In this document: positions 27,819 through 37,389 of the stretch, piece after piece
How positions within the stretch are numbered: the first letter of the stretch is position 1
How the letters are laid out: each line of letters begins with the position of its first letter
Assembly (NCBI GenBank): GCA_963783375.1
Contig: CAWANH010000028.1
Span: 1,696,001 to 1,760,000, forward strand
Length of the DNA: 64,000 nt
Source: Candidatus Eiseniibacteriota bacterium
GTDB taxonomy: Bacteria; Eisenbacteria; RBG-16-71-46; JABDJR01
Direction of reading: 5' to 3'
Program-made: the position numbers and the translations under genes
Notes under the pieces: model-generated
Databases searched by the model: none
The model's input: only the letters and a program-made list of their open reading frames with translations
What the model was told of the DNA's origin: nothing

Positions 27819-29193
27819 ACCGTTTGAACCCGAATTCCTGAAGGACGCCGTGCGGGGCACCGTGGTGGGGGTCCCCCGGGGGCGGCGCGTGGTTATCGAT
27901 TCCCGGGACGACGTCCGGGACGCCCTCTTCTTCGCTCTCACCGGTCCCCACTTCGACGGCCACGACTTCGTGGAGGCGGTCTTCGCCGCCGGGGCGGCCG
28001 GGGCCGTGGTCTCCGCTTCGTGGTGGGGCAAGGGGGGCCGCGACCGCGCCCGGAATGTGCTGGTGGTCCCCGACACCCTCCTGGCGTTGCAGGATCTGGC
28101 CCGGGCCCACCGCGCCCGGTACCCCATTCCCCTGGCCGCGATCACCGGCTCCAACGGAAAGACCACCACCAAGGAACTCCTGGCCGCCGCGCTCGCCCCC
28201 CTCGGTCCGGTGCTCAAGACCCGGGGGAACCGGAACAACCACGTCGGCCTCCCCCTCACCCTGCTCGAGCTCACCCCCGATCACCGGGCCGCGGTGGTGG
28301 AGATCGGACTCAACCATCCCGGCGAGCTTCGCCTGCTCTCCGAGATCGCCCGGCCCCGGGTCGGCGTGATCACCAACGTGGCCGCCGCCCACCTCGAGGG
28401 CCTGGGGTCGATCGAAGGGGTGGCCCGGGCCAAGGCGGAGATCATCGCGGGATTGGAGCCCGGGGGCACCCTGGTGCTTCCCCTGGGAAACCCCGCCCTC
28501 GAGGCCGCCCTCGCCGGCTACAGCGGCCGCCGCCTCACCTTCGGATTTTCCCTGAAGGCGGACCTCCACCCCGAGGAGACGGAGCTTCTGGGCACCGACG
28601 GGGTCCGGCTGGTGCTTCCGGACGGAGTGGCGGTGCGGGTGTCCCTTCCGGGCGAGCACACCGCGCTGAACGCCCTGGCCGCTCTGGCCGCCGCCCGAGG
28701 CCTCGGCGTGTCCCCCGCCCAGGCCGCCCCCCACCTGGCCGACGTGAAGCCGGTGCGCGGGCGCCTCGAACCCCGGCGGGCCGGCGGGATCACCGTGATC
28801 GACGACACCTACAACGCCAACCCGGCCAGCCTCGAAGCGTCCCTCGCCGTGCTTCGCCGGGCGGCGGGACCGGGGAAGCGCTGGGCCATCCTCGGCGACA
28901 TGCTGGAGCTGGGACCCGAGGCCGCCGATCTCCACCGGCGCGCGGGGGCGGCGGCGTCGTTCCTCGACGGCCTGGTGGTGGTGGGACCCCTGGCCCACGA
29001 GCTGGGCCGGGGCGCGGTGGATGCCGGGCTGGAGATGGACGCTCTCCACCTCGCCGACAGCGGGGAGGAGGCGGCCCGCCTGATCGTCCACCGGCTGCAC
29101 CCGGGCGACCGGGTGCTGGTGAAGGGGAGCCGCGGCGTGCATCTCGAGACCGCGGTGGAGGCGCTGGTGGCGGCGCTGGAGGTGGACGGGTAA
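27799..29193 (+). CDS. murF: UDP-MurNAc-pentapeptide synthetase MurF
   Basis: FDGHDF, ITGSNGKTTTKE, DDTYNANPAS, LGDMLELG, LVKGSRG. Confidence 0.95.
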   Translation: MLMTHTEPFEPEFLKDAVRGTVVGVPRGRRVVIDSRDDVRDALFFALTGPHFDGHDFVEAVFAAGAAGAVVSASWWGKGGRDRARNVLVVPDTLLALQDLARAHRARYPIPLAAITGSNGKTTTKELLAAALAPLGPVLKTRGNRNNHVGLPLTLLELTPDHRAAVVEIGLNHPGELRLLSEIARPRVGVITNVAAAHLEGLGSIEGVARAKAEIIAGLEPGGTLVLPLGNPALEAALAGYSGRRLTFGFSLKADLHPEETELLGTDGVRLVLPDGVAVRVSLPGEHTALNALAALAAARGLGVSPAQAAPHLADVKPVRGRLEPRRAGGITVIDDTYNANPASLEASLAVLRRAAGPGKRWAILGDMLELGPEAADLHRRAGAAASFLDGLVVVGPLAHELGRGAVDAGLEMDALHLADSGEEAARLIVHRLHPGDRVLVKGSRGVHLETAVEALVAALEVDG

Positions 29194-30278
29194 TGCTCTA
29201 CCACCTCCTCTACCCCCTCCACGAGCTCTTCTCGCCCCTGAACGTGTTCCGTTACATCACCTTTCGCGCGGCCTACGCCACCGTGACCGCGCTCCTCCTC
29301 TGCTTCATCTTCGGACCGCCCCTGGTGCGCCGGCTCCGCCAGTTCAAGATCAAGCAGATCATCCGCCAGGAAGGGCCGAGCACCCACCGCACCAAGGAGG
29401 GCACCCCCACCATGGGCGGGATCCTCATCGTGGCCGCCATCGTGGTTCCCACCCTCCTCTGGGCGTCGCTGGTGAACCGGTACGTGATCCTGGCGGTGGG
29501 GGTCACGGTGATCCTGGGCGGGTTGGGTTTTCTCGACGACTACCTCCACGTGGTGCGGAAGACCCCCAAGGGGCTCCTGGGGCGGTACAAGCTGGTGGCC
29601 CAGGTGGGGGTGGGGCTGGTGGTGGGGGCGATCCTCTACTTCTACCCCATCGATCCCCAGATGGCCGGCAGCACCTCGGTGCCGTTTCTCAAGACCCGGG
29701 TGCTGAGCCTGGGGCTCTTGTACATTCCCTTCGTGGCCCTGGTCATCACCGCCACCTCGAACGCGGTGAACCTGACCGACGGGCTGGACGGCCTGGCCGC
29801 CGGGCTCATGGCCCTGGCCGCCGCCGCCTACGCCGGCCTGAGCTACGTGAGCGGCAACGTGAAGATCGCCGGGTACCTCAACATCCCCTACTTCGCGGGG
29901 AGCGGCGAGCTCACCATCTTCTGCACCGCCATGTTCGGAGCCGCCCTGGGATTTCTCTGGTTCAACTCCCATCCCGCCGACGTGTTCATGGGGGACACCG
30001 GCTCCCTGGCCCTGGGCGGAGCGTTGGGGACGGTGGCGGTCATGCTCCGGAAGGAGCTGCTGCTGTTCCTGATCGGGGGGATCTTCGTGGCCGAGGCCCT
30101 CTCGGTGATCATCCAGGTGACCTCGTACAGGACCCGGCGGAAGCGCGTGTTTCGCATGGCGCCCATCCACCATCACTTCGAGCTGAAGGGTTGGCCGGAG
30201 TCGCGGGTGGTGGTGCGCTTCTGGATCGTGGGAGTGCTCCTGGCGCTCCTGTCGCTGAGCACCTTGAAGCTGCAATAG
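29193..30278 (+). CDS. mraY: Phospho-MurNAc-pentapeptide transferase MraY
   Basis: TAATG overlap with murF; KEGTPTMGG, NAVNLTDGLDGLA, FMGDTGSLALGG, MAPIHHHFE. Confidence 0.96.
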   Translation: MLYHLLYPLHELFSPLNVFRYITFRAAYATVTALLLCFIFGPPLVRRLRQFKIKQIIRQEGPSTHRTKEGTPTMGGILIVAAIVVPTLLWASLVNRYVILAVGVTVILGGLGFLDDYLHVVRKTPKGLLGRYKLVAQVGVGLVVGAILYFYPIDPQMAGSTSVPFLKTRVLSLGLLYIPFVALVITATSNAVNLTDGLDGLAAGLMALAAAAYAGLSYVSGNVKIAGYLNIPYFAGSGELTIFCTAMFGAALGFLWFNSHPADVFMGDTGSLALGGALGTVAVMLRKELLLFLIGGIFVAEALSVIIQVTSYRTRRKRVFRMAPIHHHFELKGWPESRVVVRFWIVGVLLALLSLSTLKLQ

Positions 30279-30285
30279 GAAACGG

Positions 30286-31698
30286 ATGCCGACGACGATG
30301 ACCGAATCGACGATGGACACCCGCCCGGATTGGCGGGGAATGCGGGTGGCGGTGATCGGCATGGCCCGAAGCGGCCGCGCCGTGGCCCGTCTCCTGGCCC
30401 GCCACGGGGCGGTGGTCCGGGGGGCCGACCGGAAGGATCCCGGAGCCCTGGGACTCGATCCCGCCGCGTTCGCCGCCGAGGGGATCGAGCTTCGCCTGGG
30501 GGGTCACGACCCCCGGGACCTGGACGGGATCGACGTCGCGGTGGTGAGCCCGGGAATCCCCAAGACCGCCCCGATCCTGGTCGAGGCGCGCGGCCGCGGC
30601 ATTCCCTTTCTCTCCGAGCTGGAAGTGGCCTCCCGCTTCGCGCGCGCCCCCATCGCCGCGGTCACCGGCACCAACGGGAAGAGCACCACGGTCACCATCC
30701 TGGGGGTCCTGATCGAGGCGCTGGGCCGGCCGGCTGCGGTGGCCGGAAACGTGGGCACCGCGCTCAGCGAGGTGGTGGAGTCGGTCCCCCCCGAGGGGGC
30801 GCTGGTGGTGGAGGTCTCGAGCTACCAGCTCGAGGACGTGGACCGGTTTCATCCACGGGCGGCGGCGGTCCTGAACGTGACCCCCGACCACCTGGACCGC
30901 TACGACTCGCTGCGGCACTACGCCGACACCAAGCTCCGGATCTTCGACCGCCAGTCGGCGACCGACACCGCGGTGCTTCCCCTGGGGGATCCCTGGCTCG
31001 AGCCGGCCGCGCCCCGGCTTGCCGCCCGGCTCATCCGCTTCGGGGTGGACGCCCTGGTGGTCGAGGGCGCGGCCGCGGTCGGGGGGCGGCTGGTCTGGCG
31101 CGCCGACGGGGTGGAGCGCGAGGTGCTCCCCCTCGGCGAGCTGCCGCTCGCGGGTCCCCACAACCATGCCAACGCCGCCGCGGCCCTGTGCCTGTTGAAC
31201 GGCCTCGGGTTCGACGTGCTCGACCCGCGGGTGGCCGGGGCGCTCCGCACGCTCCGCGGCCTTCCCCACCGCCTGGAACGGGTGGGAGAGATCGAGGGGG
31301 TGGCCTTCTACAACGACTCCAAGGCCACCAACCCGGAATCCCTGGAAGTCGCCCTTCGCTCCTTCCCCGAGCCGGTGGTGCTGATCGCGGGAGGGCGGCC
31401 CAAGGAGAGCGACTACGCCCGGCTGGTCCCCCTGATCCGCGACCGGGTCGCCGCCATCGTGCTGATCGGGGAGGCGGCCCCGGCGCTGGAGTCCGCCTGG
31501 CGCGCCGCCGGGGCGCCCATCACCCGGGGGGGAACCGATTTCGAGGCCTCGGTGGACGCGGCCTACGCCCTCGCCCGCCCCCGCGGCTTGGCCGTTCTTC
31601 TCTCCCCGGGATGCGCCTCCTTCGACATGTTTCGCGACTTCGAGGACCGGGGGGATCGCTTCCGCGCCCTGGTCCGGGAGCGGGAGGCCCGGCGTTGA
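30286..31698 (+). CDS. murD: UDP-MurNAc-L-Ala:D-Glu ligase MurD
   Basis: VSPGIP, TGTNGKSTT, EVSSYQL, PDHLDRY, NDSKATN, SPGCASFDMF. Confidence 0.95.
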   Translation: MPTTMTESTMDTRPDWRGMRVAVIGMARSGRAVARLLARHGAVVRGADRKDPGALGLDPAAFAAEGIELRLGGHDPRDLDGIDVAVVSPGIPKTAPILVEARGRGIPFLSELEVASRFARAPIAAVTGTNGKSTTVTILGVLIEALGRPAAVAGNVGTALSEVVESVPPEGALVVEVSSYQLEDVDRFHPRAAAVLNVTPDHLDRYDSLRHYADTKLRIFDRQSATDTAVLPLGDPWLEPAAPRLAARLIRFGVDALVVEGAAAVGGRLVWRADGVEREVLPLGELPLAGPHNHANAAAALCLLNGLGFDVLDPRVAGALRTLRGLPHRLERVGEIEGVAFYNDSKATNPESLEVALRSFPEPVVLIAGGRPKESDYARLVPLIRDRVAAIVLIGEAAPALESAWRAAGAPITRGGTDFEASVDAAYALARPRGLAVLLSPGCASFDMFRDFEDRGDRFRALVREREARR

Positions 31699-32912
31699 CC
31701 GCGCCCCGGGCCGGAGCCCTCACGGCGTCCCTGAAGCACCTGGGGGTCTCCCTGTGGCGGGGGGACACGGGGGGCGGCACCCTCCTTCCCTCCGAGCTCC
31801 GGGGGGCGGGTTGGGACAAGTGGTTGGTCTTCGCCACCTTCGCCCTGGTCCTCTTCGGACTCGCCATGGTCTATTCCGCGACCTCGGTGACCGCCGCCCG
31901 GCCCACCGCCTACCTGGAAAACCAGGGTTTCAAGGTGCTTCTGGGCGTCTTCGCCTTCGCGGTGGGGACCCGGATCGATTATCATCGATGGGGTCGGTGG
32001 GCTCCCTGGGCCTACGTGTTCGGCCTCGTCCTGCTCCTCCTGGTCTACGTGCCGGGAATCGGGCACAGCGCGGCCGGCGCGCGCCGATGGCTCTCGGTCG
32101 GCGGGGTCACCCTGCAGCCGGCGGATTTCGCGCGGCTGGGGCTGGTGGTCTATCTGGCCTTCCTGCTGTCCAAGCCGAGAGCGCGCCTGGAGCGGATCCA
32201 GACCGGCCTGATGCCGTGTCTCATCGCCCTGGGCCTCATGTGCGTCCTGGTGGTCAAGCAGCCCAACCTGAGCACCACCCTGGCCCTGATCTGGATCACG
32301 GCCCTCATGTTGGTGGCGGGACGGGTTCCCTTCCGGCACCTGGCGATCCTCACGGCGCCGGTGGCGGGGGCGATGCCCTTCATCCTGAAGAGCTATCAGT
32401 TCACGCGGCTGGTGAACTTTCGGACCTTCTGGATCGACGGAGGGGATCTCCGGGGCGGCAACTATCAGCTCTACCAGTCCATCCTGGCCATCGGCTCGGG
32501 GGGATGGTGGGGGAGGGGGTTGGGGGAGAGCCGGCAGAAGTGGTTCTTTCTGCCCGACGCCCACACCGATTTCATATTCGCGATCATAGGAGAAGAGCTT
32601 GGCCTGATTGGGGCGGTTTTCTTGATCGGACTGTTCGTGATTTTGCTCTGGCGGGCGTATGAAGCGGCCCGCCGGGCGCCCGATCGATTCGGGTCGCTCC
32701 TGGCCGTCGGGATCGGCGCGACCATTGCCGTCTATGCGGGAGTGAATCTCCTGGTGGCGACCGGATTGTTTCCGACCACCGGGCTTCCCCTGCCGCTCGT
32801 GTCCTACGGCGGCTCCGCCGTCCTGGTCATGCTCTTCTCCCTGGGAATTCTGAACAACATCGCCTCCCAGGGCGATTCGACGCTCCTGGTGGGGATTGGA
32901 GAGCAGGACTAA
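31695..32912 (+). CDS. ftsW: SEDS peptidoglycan glycosyltransferase FtsW
   Basis: TTGA overlap start (uncertain); GARRWL, QPADF, LPDAHTDFIFAIIGEELG, GLPLPLVSYGGS. Confidence 0.93.
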   Translation: MTAPRAGALTASLKHLGVSLWRGDTGGGTLLPSELRGAGWDKWLVFATFALVLFGLAMVYSATSVTAARPTAYLENQGFKVLLGVFAFAVGTRIDYHRWGRWAPWAYVFGLVLLLLVYVPGIGHSAAGARRWLSVGGVTLQPADFARLGLVVYLAFLLSKPRARLERIQTGLMPCLIALGLMCVLVVKQPNLSTTLALIWITALMLVAGRVPFRHLAILTAPVAGAMPFILKSYQFTRLVNFRTFWIDGGDLRGGNYQLYQSILAIGSGGWWGRGLGESRQKWFFLPDAHTDFIFAIIGEELGLIGAVFLIGLFVILLWRAYEAARRAPDRFGSLLAVGIGATIAVYAGVNLLVATGLFPTTGLPLPLVSYGGSAVLVMLFSLGILNNIASQGDSTLLVGIGEQD

Positions 32913-33905
32913 ATGTCTGACGAACGCGAACAAGGAGCCCCCACGGGGCTCGCCGCCGACCAGGGGTCGGCAGATGAATCTTCCCAGGGCCAGCGTAGCG
33001 GGCGGCGCCGGCGCCGGGCCCGTCGGGGTTATGACGGCCGGCCGGAGTGGAAGCGCGAGAACGGCGGGGATCGCCCCGAAGGTCGTGAGCGCCCGTCCGA
33101 GGCTGCGGCCCCGCCTCCGGCCGATGCCGGCGGGGGGCGGCCCCCGCGCCGGGAAGACGACCGGGAGCCGGATCGGCCGGGCGGAAGCGGCGGGAGCGGT
33201 GGAAGCGGACCCTCCCGGCGGAGCCGCGAGGACCGCCCGGGGGGGGAAGGCGGAGATCGAGGCCGCGGCGAGGGATCGCGGGCCGATGCCCGGCCCGAGG
33301 GGTCCGGGCGGCGGGAACCCCGGGAACCGGGTCCGGAACGCCAAGCCCAGCGCGAAGGGGATGAGGGCCGAGGGGAGCCCCGCGAAGGAGAGCGGGAAGG
33401 GCGCGACCCACGCGCGGGCCGCGAGCGCGGCGGGCGGAGACGCCGGTCCCGCCGGCGCCCCCGGGATCGTTCGGGATCCGAAGCCGCTTCCGGCGAGCGG
33501 GCGGCGGCCGAGAGTCCGGCCGCGGCCCCGGCCGAACCCCGGCCCGAAACTTCGAGCCCGCCCCGGGCCGAGGCCCGACCCGAGCGGGTGGCGGAGCCTC
33601 GGGGGGGACGATCGGGCGAGCCCCGGGGGGACCGGCGGCGCTCCGGGAGTTCCCGCGGCGGCGGTGACGACAAACGACGGCGTTCCCGCGCCGGCGAAGG
33701 AGGGCGGGACCGGGACCGGGATCGCGATCGGAGCCGTGGCGCCCGTGGAGGGGAGCGCGGCGCGGTGCGTGAGCCCCGAGGCCGCGGAGGCCGGCCGGAG
33801 CGCGGAGGGCCCCGCCGGATTCCGGTGAATCGCGCGCGGCCGAGCGGGCCGCTGGCCAGCCCCACCTCCACCCTCATGCTTCCCCCCAGCCGGTGCGGGT
33901 TCTGA
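32913..33905 (+). CDS. R/E/G/D-rich intrinsically disordered polypeptide, probably the N-terminal extension of MurG separated by a frameshift at the C6 run 33882-33887
   Basis: ATG immediately after the ftsW TAA with GGAGAG upstream; low-complexity charged sequence; overlaps the murG start by 13 nt. Confidence 0.65.
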   Translation: MSDEREQGAPTGLAADQGSADESSQGQRSGRRRRRARRGYDGRPEWKRENGGDRPEGRERPSEAAAPPPADAGGGRPPRREDDREPDRPGGSGGSGGSGPSRRSREDRPGGEGGDRGRGEGSRADARPEGSGRREPREPGPERQAQREGDEGRGEPREGEREGRDPRAGRERGGRRRRSRRRPRDRSGSEAASGERAAAESPAAAPAEPRPETSSPPRAEARPERVAEPRGGRSGEPRGDRRRSGSSRGGGDDKRRRSRAGEGGRDRDRDRDRSRGARGGERGAVREPRGRGGRPERGGPRRIPVNRARPSGPLASPTSTLMLPPSRCGF

Positions 33906-35068
33906 TCGCCGGCGGGGGAACCGGCGGCCACATCATCCCCGCCCTCAGCATCGGCGAAGCGCTCCGGCGGCGGAACCCGGAGACCGAGGTGATGTTCCTG
34001 GGGTCGGACCGGGGGATCGAGCGGGAGATGCTCGCCGGCGCCGGGTACAAGCTGGAGGAGTTCTCCCTCCAGGGGCTTCCCAGCCGGCCCACCCTGGGCT
34101 CGGTCCGGGCCGCCCTCGCCATGTACCGGGCCTACCGGCGCATCCGCCGGATCATCGACGAGTTCCAGCCCAAGGTGCTGGTGGGGACCGGAGGGTACGT
34201 GACGGTGCCCGCGGTGATCGCCGCCCACCGGGCCGGGGTGCCGGTGGTGCTCCAGGAGCAGAACAGCGTTCCCGGGCGGGCCAACCGGTTCCTGGCCCGG
34301 TACGCCTCGGAGATCCACGTTCACTTCGCCGAGTCGCGCCGGTTCTTCAAGGACCGGGCCAAGCTCCGGCTATCCGGGAACCCGGTGCGCGTTCGGATCA
34401 GCGAGGGGCGCGCGCTTCGCACCCTGCACAACCTCCGCCTCTATCCCGACCGGAAGACGGTGCTGGTGCTCGGAGGCTCCCAGGGAGCTCACAGCCTGAA
34501 CCTGGCCTTCATCGACATGCTCGATCAGTTCCGCGGGGATCGCACCGTCCAGTTCGTGGTGCAGACCGGGAAGGAAGACCTGCGGGCGGTGCTCGACGCG
34601 GTGCGGACCACCGGAGCCAAGGCGGTGGTGCGGGCGTTCTTCAACGACATGGAGGAGATCTACGGGATCGCCCACCTGGTGGTGGCCAGGGCCGGGGCGA
34701 TGACCATCTCCGAGATCTCGGCCTGCGGGATCCCATCCATCCTCGTGCCGTATCCCCACGCCATGGACGATCACCAGACCATGAACGCCAACGCCCTGTC
34801 CTCGAAGGGGGCGGCGGTGCTGCTCCCCGATCGGGGGCTGACCGGGGAACGGCTGACCGAGGAGATCCGCAAGCTCCTGGCCGACCCCAAGGCCCTCCGC
34901 GACATGGCCCGGAACGCGTTCGCCCTGAGCCGGCCCGACGCGGCCCGCCGGATCGCCGAGGCGGTGGAGAAGCTGGGCGGAGGCGCTCCCCAATCGCAGC
35001 TCCACCTCCCCGAGGATTACGACAAGGAAGGTGAGGCGGAGGACGTGAGACAGGAGGAGAACGCCTAG
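33893..35068 (+). CDS. murG: Lipid II GlcNAc transferase MurG
   Basis: AGGGTGGHIIP, GTGGYV, QEQNSVPGRAN, GNPVR, LGGSQGA, RAGAMTISE, HQTMNA. No RBS before the GTG. Confidence 0.95.
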   Translation: MRVLIAGGGTGGHIIPALSIGEALRRRNPETEVMFLGSDRGIEREMLAGAGYKLEEFSLQGLPSRPTLGSVRAALAMYRAYRRIRRIIDEFQPKVLVGTGGYVTVPAVIAAHRAGVPVVLQEQNSVPGRANRFLARYASEIHVHFAESRRFFKDRAKLRLSGNPVRVRISEGRALRTLHNLRLYPDRKTVLVLGGSQGAHSLNLAFIDMLDQFRGDRTVQFVVQTGKEDLRAVLDAVRTTGAKAVVRAFFNDMEEIYGIAHLVVARAGAMTISEISACGIPSILVPYPHAMDDHQTMNANALSSKGAAVLLPDRGLTGERLTEEIRKLLADPKALRDMARNAFALSRPDAARRIAEAVEKLGGGAPQSQLHLPEDYDKEGEAEDVRQEENA

Positions 35069-36469
35069 GTGTACGGCAGGATCGGTCGCATCCACATGAT
35101 CGGGATCGGGGGCTCGGGGATGAGCGGCATCGCCGAGGTGCTCCTCACCATGGGTTACGAGGTGAGCGGATCGGACCTCCACCGCACCCCGGTCACCGAC
35201 CACCTGGTGTCCCTGGGGGCACGGATCGCCGAGGGGCACCGGGCGGAGCTGGCGCGTGGGGCGGCGGTGGTGGTGGCCTCCACCGCGGTCCGCTCCACCA
35301 ACCCCGAGGTCGAGGAGGCGCGAAGGCTCAATATCCCGGTGATCGCCCGGGCGGAGATGCTGGCCGAGCTCATGCGGATGAAGCACGGGATCGCGGTTGC
35401 GGGCGCCCACGGCAAGACCACCACCACCTCGTTGGTGGCCTCGGTGCTGGCCGCGGGGGGCTTCGACCCCACCGTGGTGGTGGGGGGGCGGGTCCGGGCG
35501 CTGGGAACCAGCGCGAGGCTCGGCACCGGGGATTTCCTGGTGGCCGAGGCCGACGAGAGCGACGGCTCGTTCCTGCGCCTCACTCCCTCCATAGCGGTGA
35601 TCACCAACATCGACGAGGAGCACCTGGACCACTGGACCGGCGGGATCACCGAGATCCAGGACGCCTTCGTCACCTTCGCCAACAAGGTCCCCTTCTACGG
35701 GCTCTGCGTGGCGTGCATGGAGGATCCCCGGGTGCGGGAGGTGTTCTCCCGGCTGGAGCGTCGCGTGACGACCTACGCCGTCACCCAGCCCGCCCACTTC
35801 CGGGTGAGCGAGATCCGGACCCACGACGACTACACCACCACCTTCGACGTGTTCGAGAATGACTTTCTACTGGGACGGGCGCGGATTCACATGCCGGGCC
35901 GTCACAACGCCCTGAACGCTCTGGCCGCGGTGGCGGTGGGACGCGAGCTGGACATGAGCGCCCCGGCCATCTTCGGGGCCCTGGACGCCTTCGAGGGGGT
36001 ATCCCGGCGCTTCGAGATCAAGGGGGAGGCGTCCGGGGTCATGGTGGTGGACGACTACGGCCACCACCCGAGCGAGATCCGCGCCGTGCTCCGGGCGGCC
36101 AAGGAGCACGGGGAGCACCGGGTGGTTGCGCTGTTCCAGCCCCATCGCTACAGCCGCACCCGCGATCTCATGGCCGAGTTCGGCACGGCCTTCGCCGACG
36201 CCGACCTGGTCTACGTGACCTCGATCTACGCCGCGGGGGAGGATCCCCTGGAGGGGGTGAGCGCCGAGGGCATCGTGGCCGCGATCCGGCGCTCGGGTCA
36301 CCCGGCCTGCCGGCTGGTTCCCGATACCGCCGATCTCCCCGAGGCGGTGCGCGCCGACCTCCGGGGAGGCGACGTGGTGATCACCCTGGGGGCGGGCAAC
36401 ATCCATCAGGCCGGCCAAGAGCTTCTCGACGAGCTGGCCTCCCACGGCGCCGGAGCGGCAACCCCGTGA
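35069..36469 (+). CDS. murC: UDP-MurNAc:L-Ala ligase MurC
   Basis: GIGGSGMSGIAEVL, AGAHGKTTTTS, EADESDGSF, DDYGHHPSEI, FQPHRYSRT. Confidence 0.96.
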   Translation: MYGRIGRIHMIGIGGSGMSGIAEVLLTMGYEVSGSDLHRTPVTDHLVSLGARIAEGHRAELARGAAVVVASTAVRSTNPEVEEARRLNIPVIARAEMLAELMRMKHGIAVAGAHGKTTTTSLVASVLAAGGFDPTVVVGGRVRALGTSARLGTGDFLVAEADESDGSFLRLTPSIAVITNIDEEHLDHWTGGITEIQDAFVTFANKVPFYGLCVACMEDPRVREVFSRLERRVTTYAVTQPAHFRVSEIRTHDDYTTTFDVFENDFLLGRARIHMPGRHNALNALAAVAVGRELDMSAPAIFGALDAFEGVSRRFEIKGEASGVMVVDDYGHHPSEIRAVLRAAKEHGEHRVVALFQPHRYSRTRDLMAEFGTAFADADLVYVTSIYAAGEDPLEGVSAEGIVAAIRRSGHPACRLVPDTADLPEAVRADLRGGDVVITLGAGNIHQAGQELLDELASHGAGAATP

Positions 36470-37389
36470 GCCGGGGAGTCGCCGCGGCGCTCGAAGCCGC
36501 CCTCCCCGGCCGGGTACGGCGCGAGGTGCCGCTGGCCTCCTACTCCTCCTACAAGGTGGGGGGAGCGGCCGAGTACTTCGTCGAACCCCAAAGCGAGGCC
36601 GAGGTGGCGGCGGCGATCGGGGCGGCACGGGAGCATTCTCTCGCTCTCTTCGTCCTCGGCGGCGGGACCAACGTTCTCATCCGCGACGGCGGGGTGCGGG
36701 GAATGGTGCTCCGGCTCGGTCGGCCCTTCCGCACCGCCGAGGCGCGCGGGGTCGAGATCCGGGCGGGGGCGGTGGCTCCCATGTCCGCCGCGGCCCTGGC
36801 CGCGGAGCGGGCTGCCCTCGAGGGGCTGGAGTTCGGCTTCGACATTCCGGGCACGGTGGGCGGAGCGCTCCGCATGAACGCCGGCGCCCACGGCGGGGAG
36901 GTCCGGAACATCCTGAAGGAAGTCCACGGGGTCGATCTCGACGGCAACCCGATCCGGACCGTCGCCGCCGACATCCGCTTCGCCTATCGAACCACGGTAT
37001 ATCCGGTGGAGATGATCTTTCTCGCCGGGATCTTCACCCTTCACCCGGGGGATCCGGAGATCCTGGCCGCCCGTCGCCGGGAGTACCACGAGTACCGCCT
37101 GCGCACTCAGCCCAAGGGCAACAGCGTGGGCTCGGTGTTCGTGAACCCCGCCGGGGACCATGCCGGCCGGCTGATCGAAGCGGCGGGGCTCAAGGGCTTC
37201 CGGATCGGGGGGGCGGCGGTCTCTCTCAAGCACGCCAACTGGATCCTCAATGAAGGGGACGCCACCGCGGCGGACATCGAGGGGGTGATCCGCGAGGTCC
37301 AGGCCCGGGTGCGCGACCGTTTCGGGGTGGAGCTTCGGACCGAGGTCCGGATCGTGGGCGAGCCCGAGCCCCGGGGAGCGGTGCGGTGA
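36466..37389 (+). CDS. murB: UDP-N-acetylenolpyruvoylglucosamine reductase MurB
   Basis: KVGGAA, LGGGTNVL, IPGTVGGALRMNAGAHGGE, GSVFVNP, KHANW. Confidence 0.94.
   Translation: MSRGVAAALEAALPGRVRREVPLASYSSYKVGGAAEYFVEPQSEAEVAAAIGAAREHSLALFVLGGGTNVLIRDGGVRGMVLRLGRPFRTAEARGVEIRAGAVAPMSAAALAAERAALEGLEFGFDIPGTVGGALRMNAGAHGGEVRNILKEVHGVDLDGNPIRTVAADIRFAYRTTVYPVEMIFLAGIFTLHPGDPEILAARRREYHEYRLRTQPKGNSVGSVFVNPAGDHAGRLIEAAGLKGFRIGGAAVSLKHANWILNEGDATAADIEGVIREVQARVRDRFGVELRTEVRIVGEPEPRGAVR

Noticed and set aside
33700-33740. CGGGAC tandem repeat as a VNTR or CRISPR-like array
   Set aside because: It is a coding Arg-Asp dipeptide repeat; no spacer-repeat array, cas, transposase, integrase, tRNA or rRNA was seen in the window.
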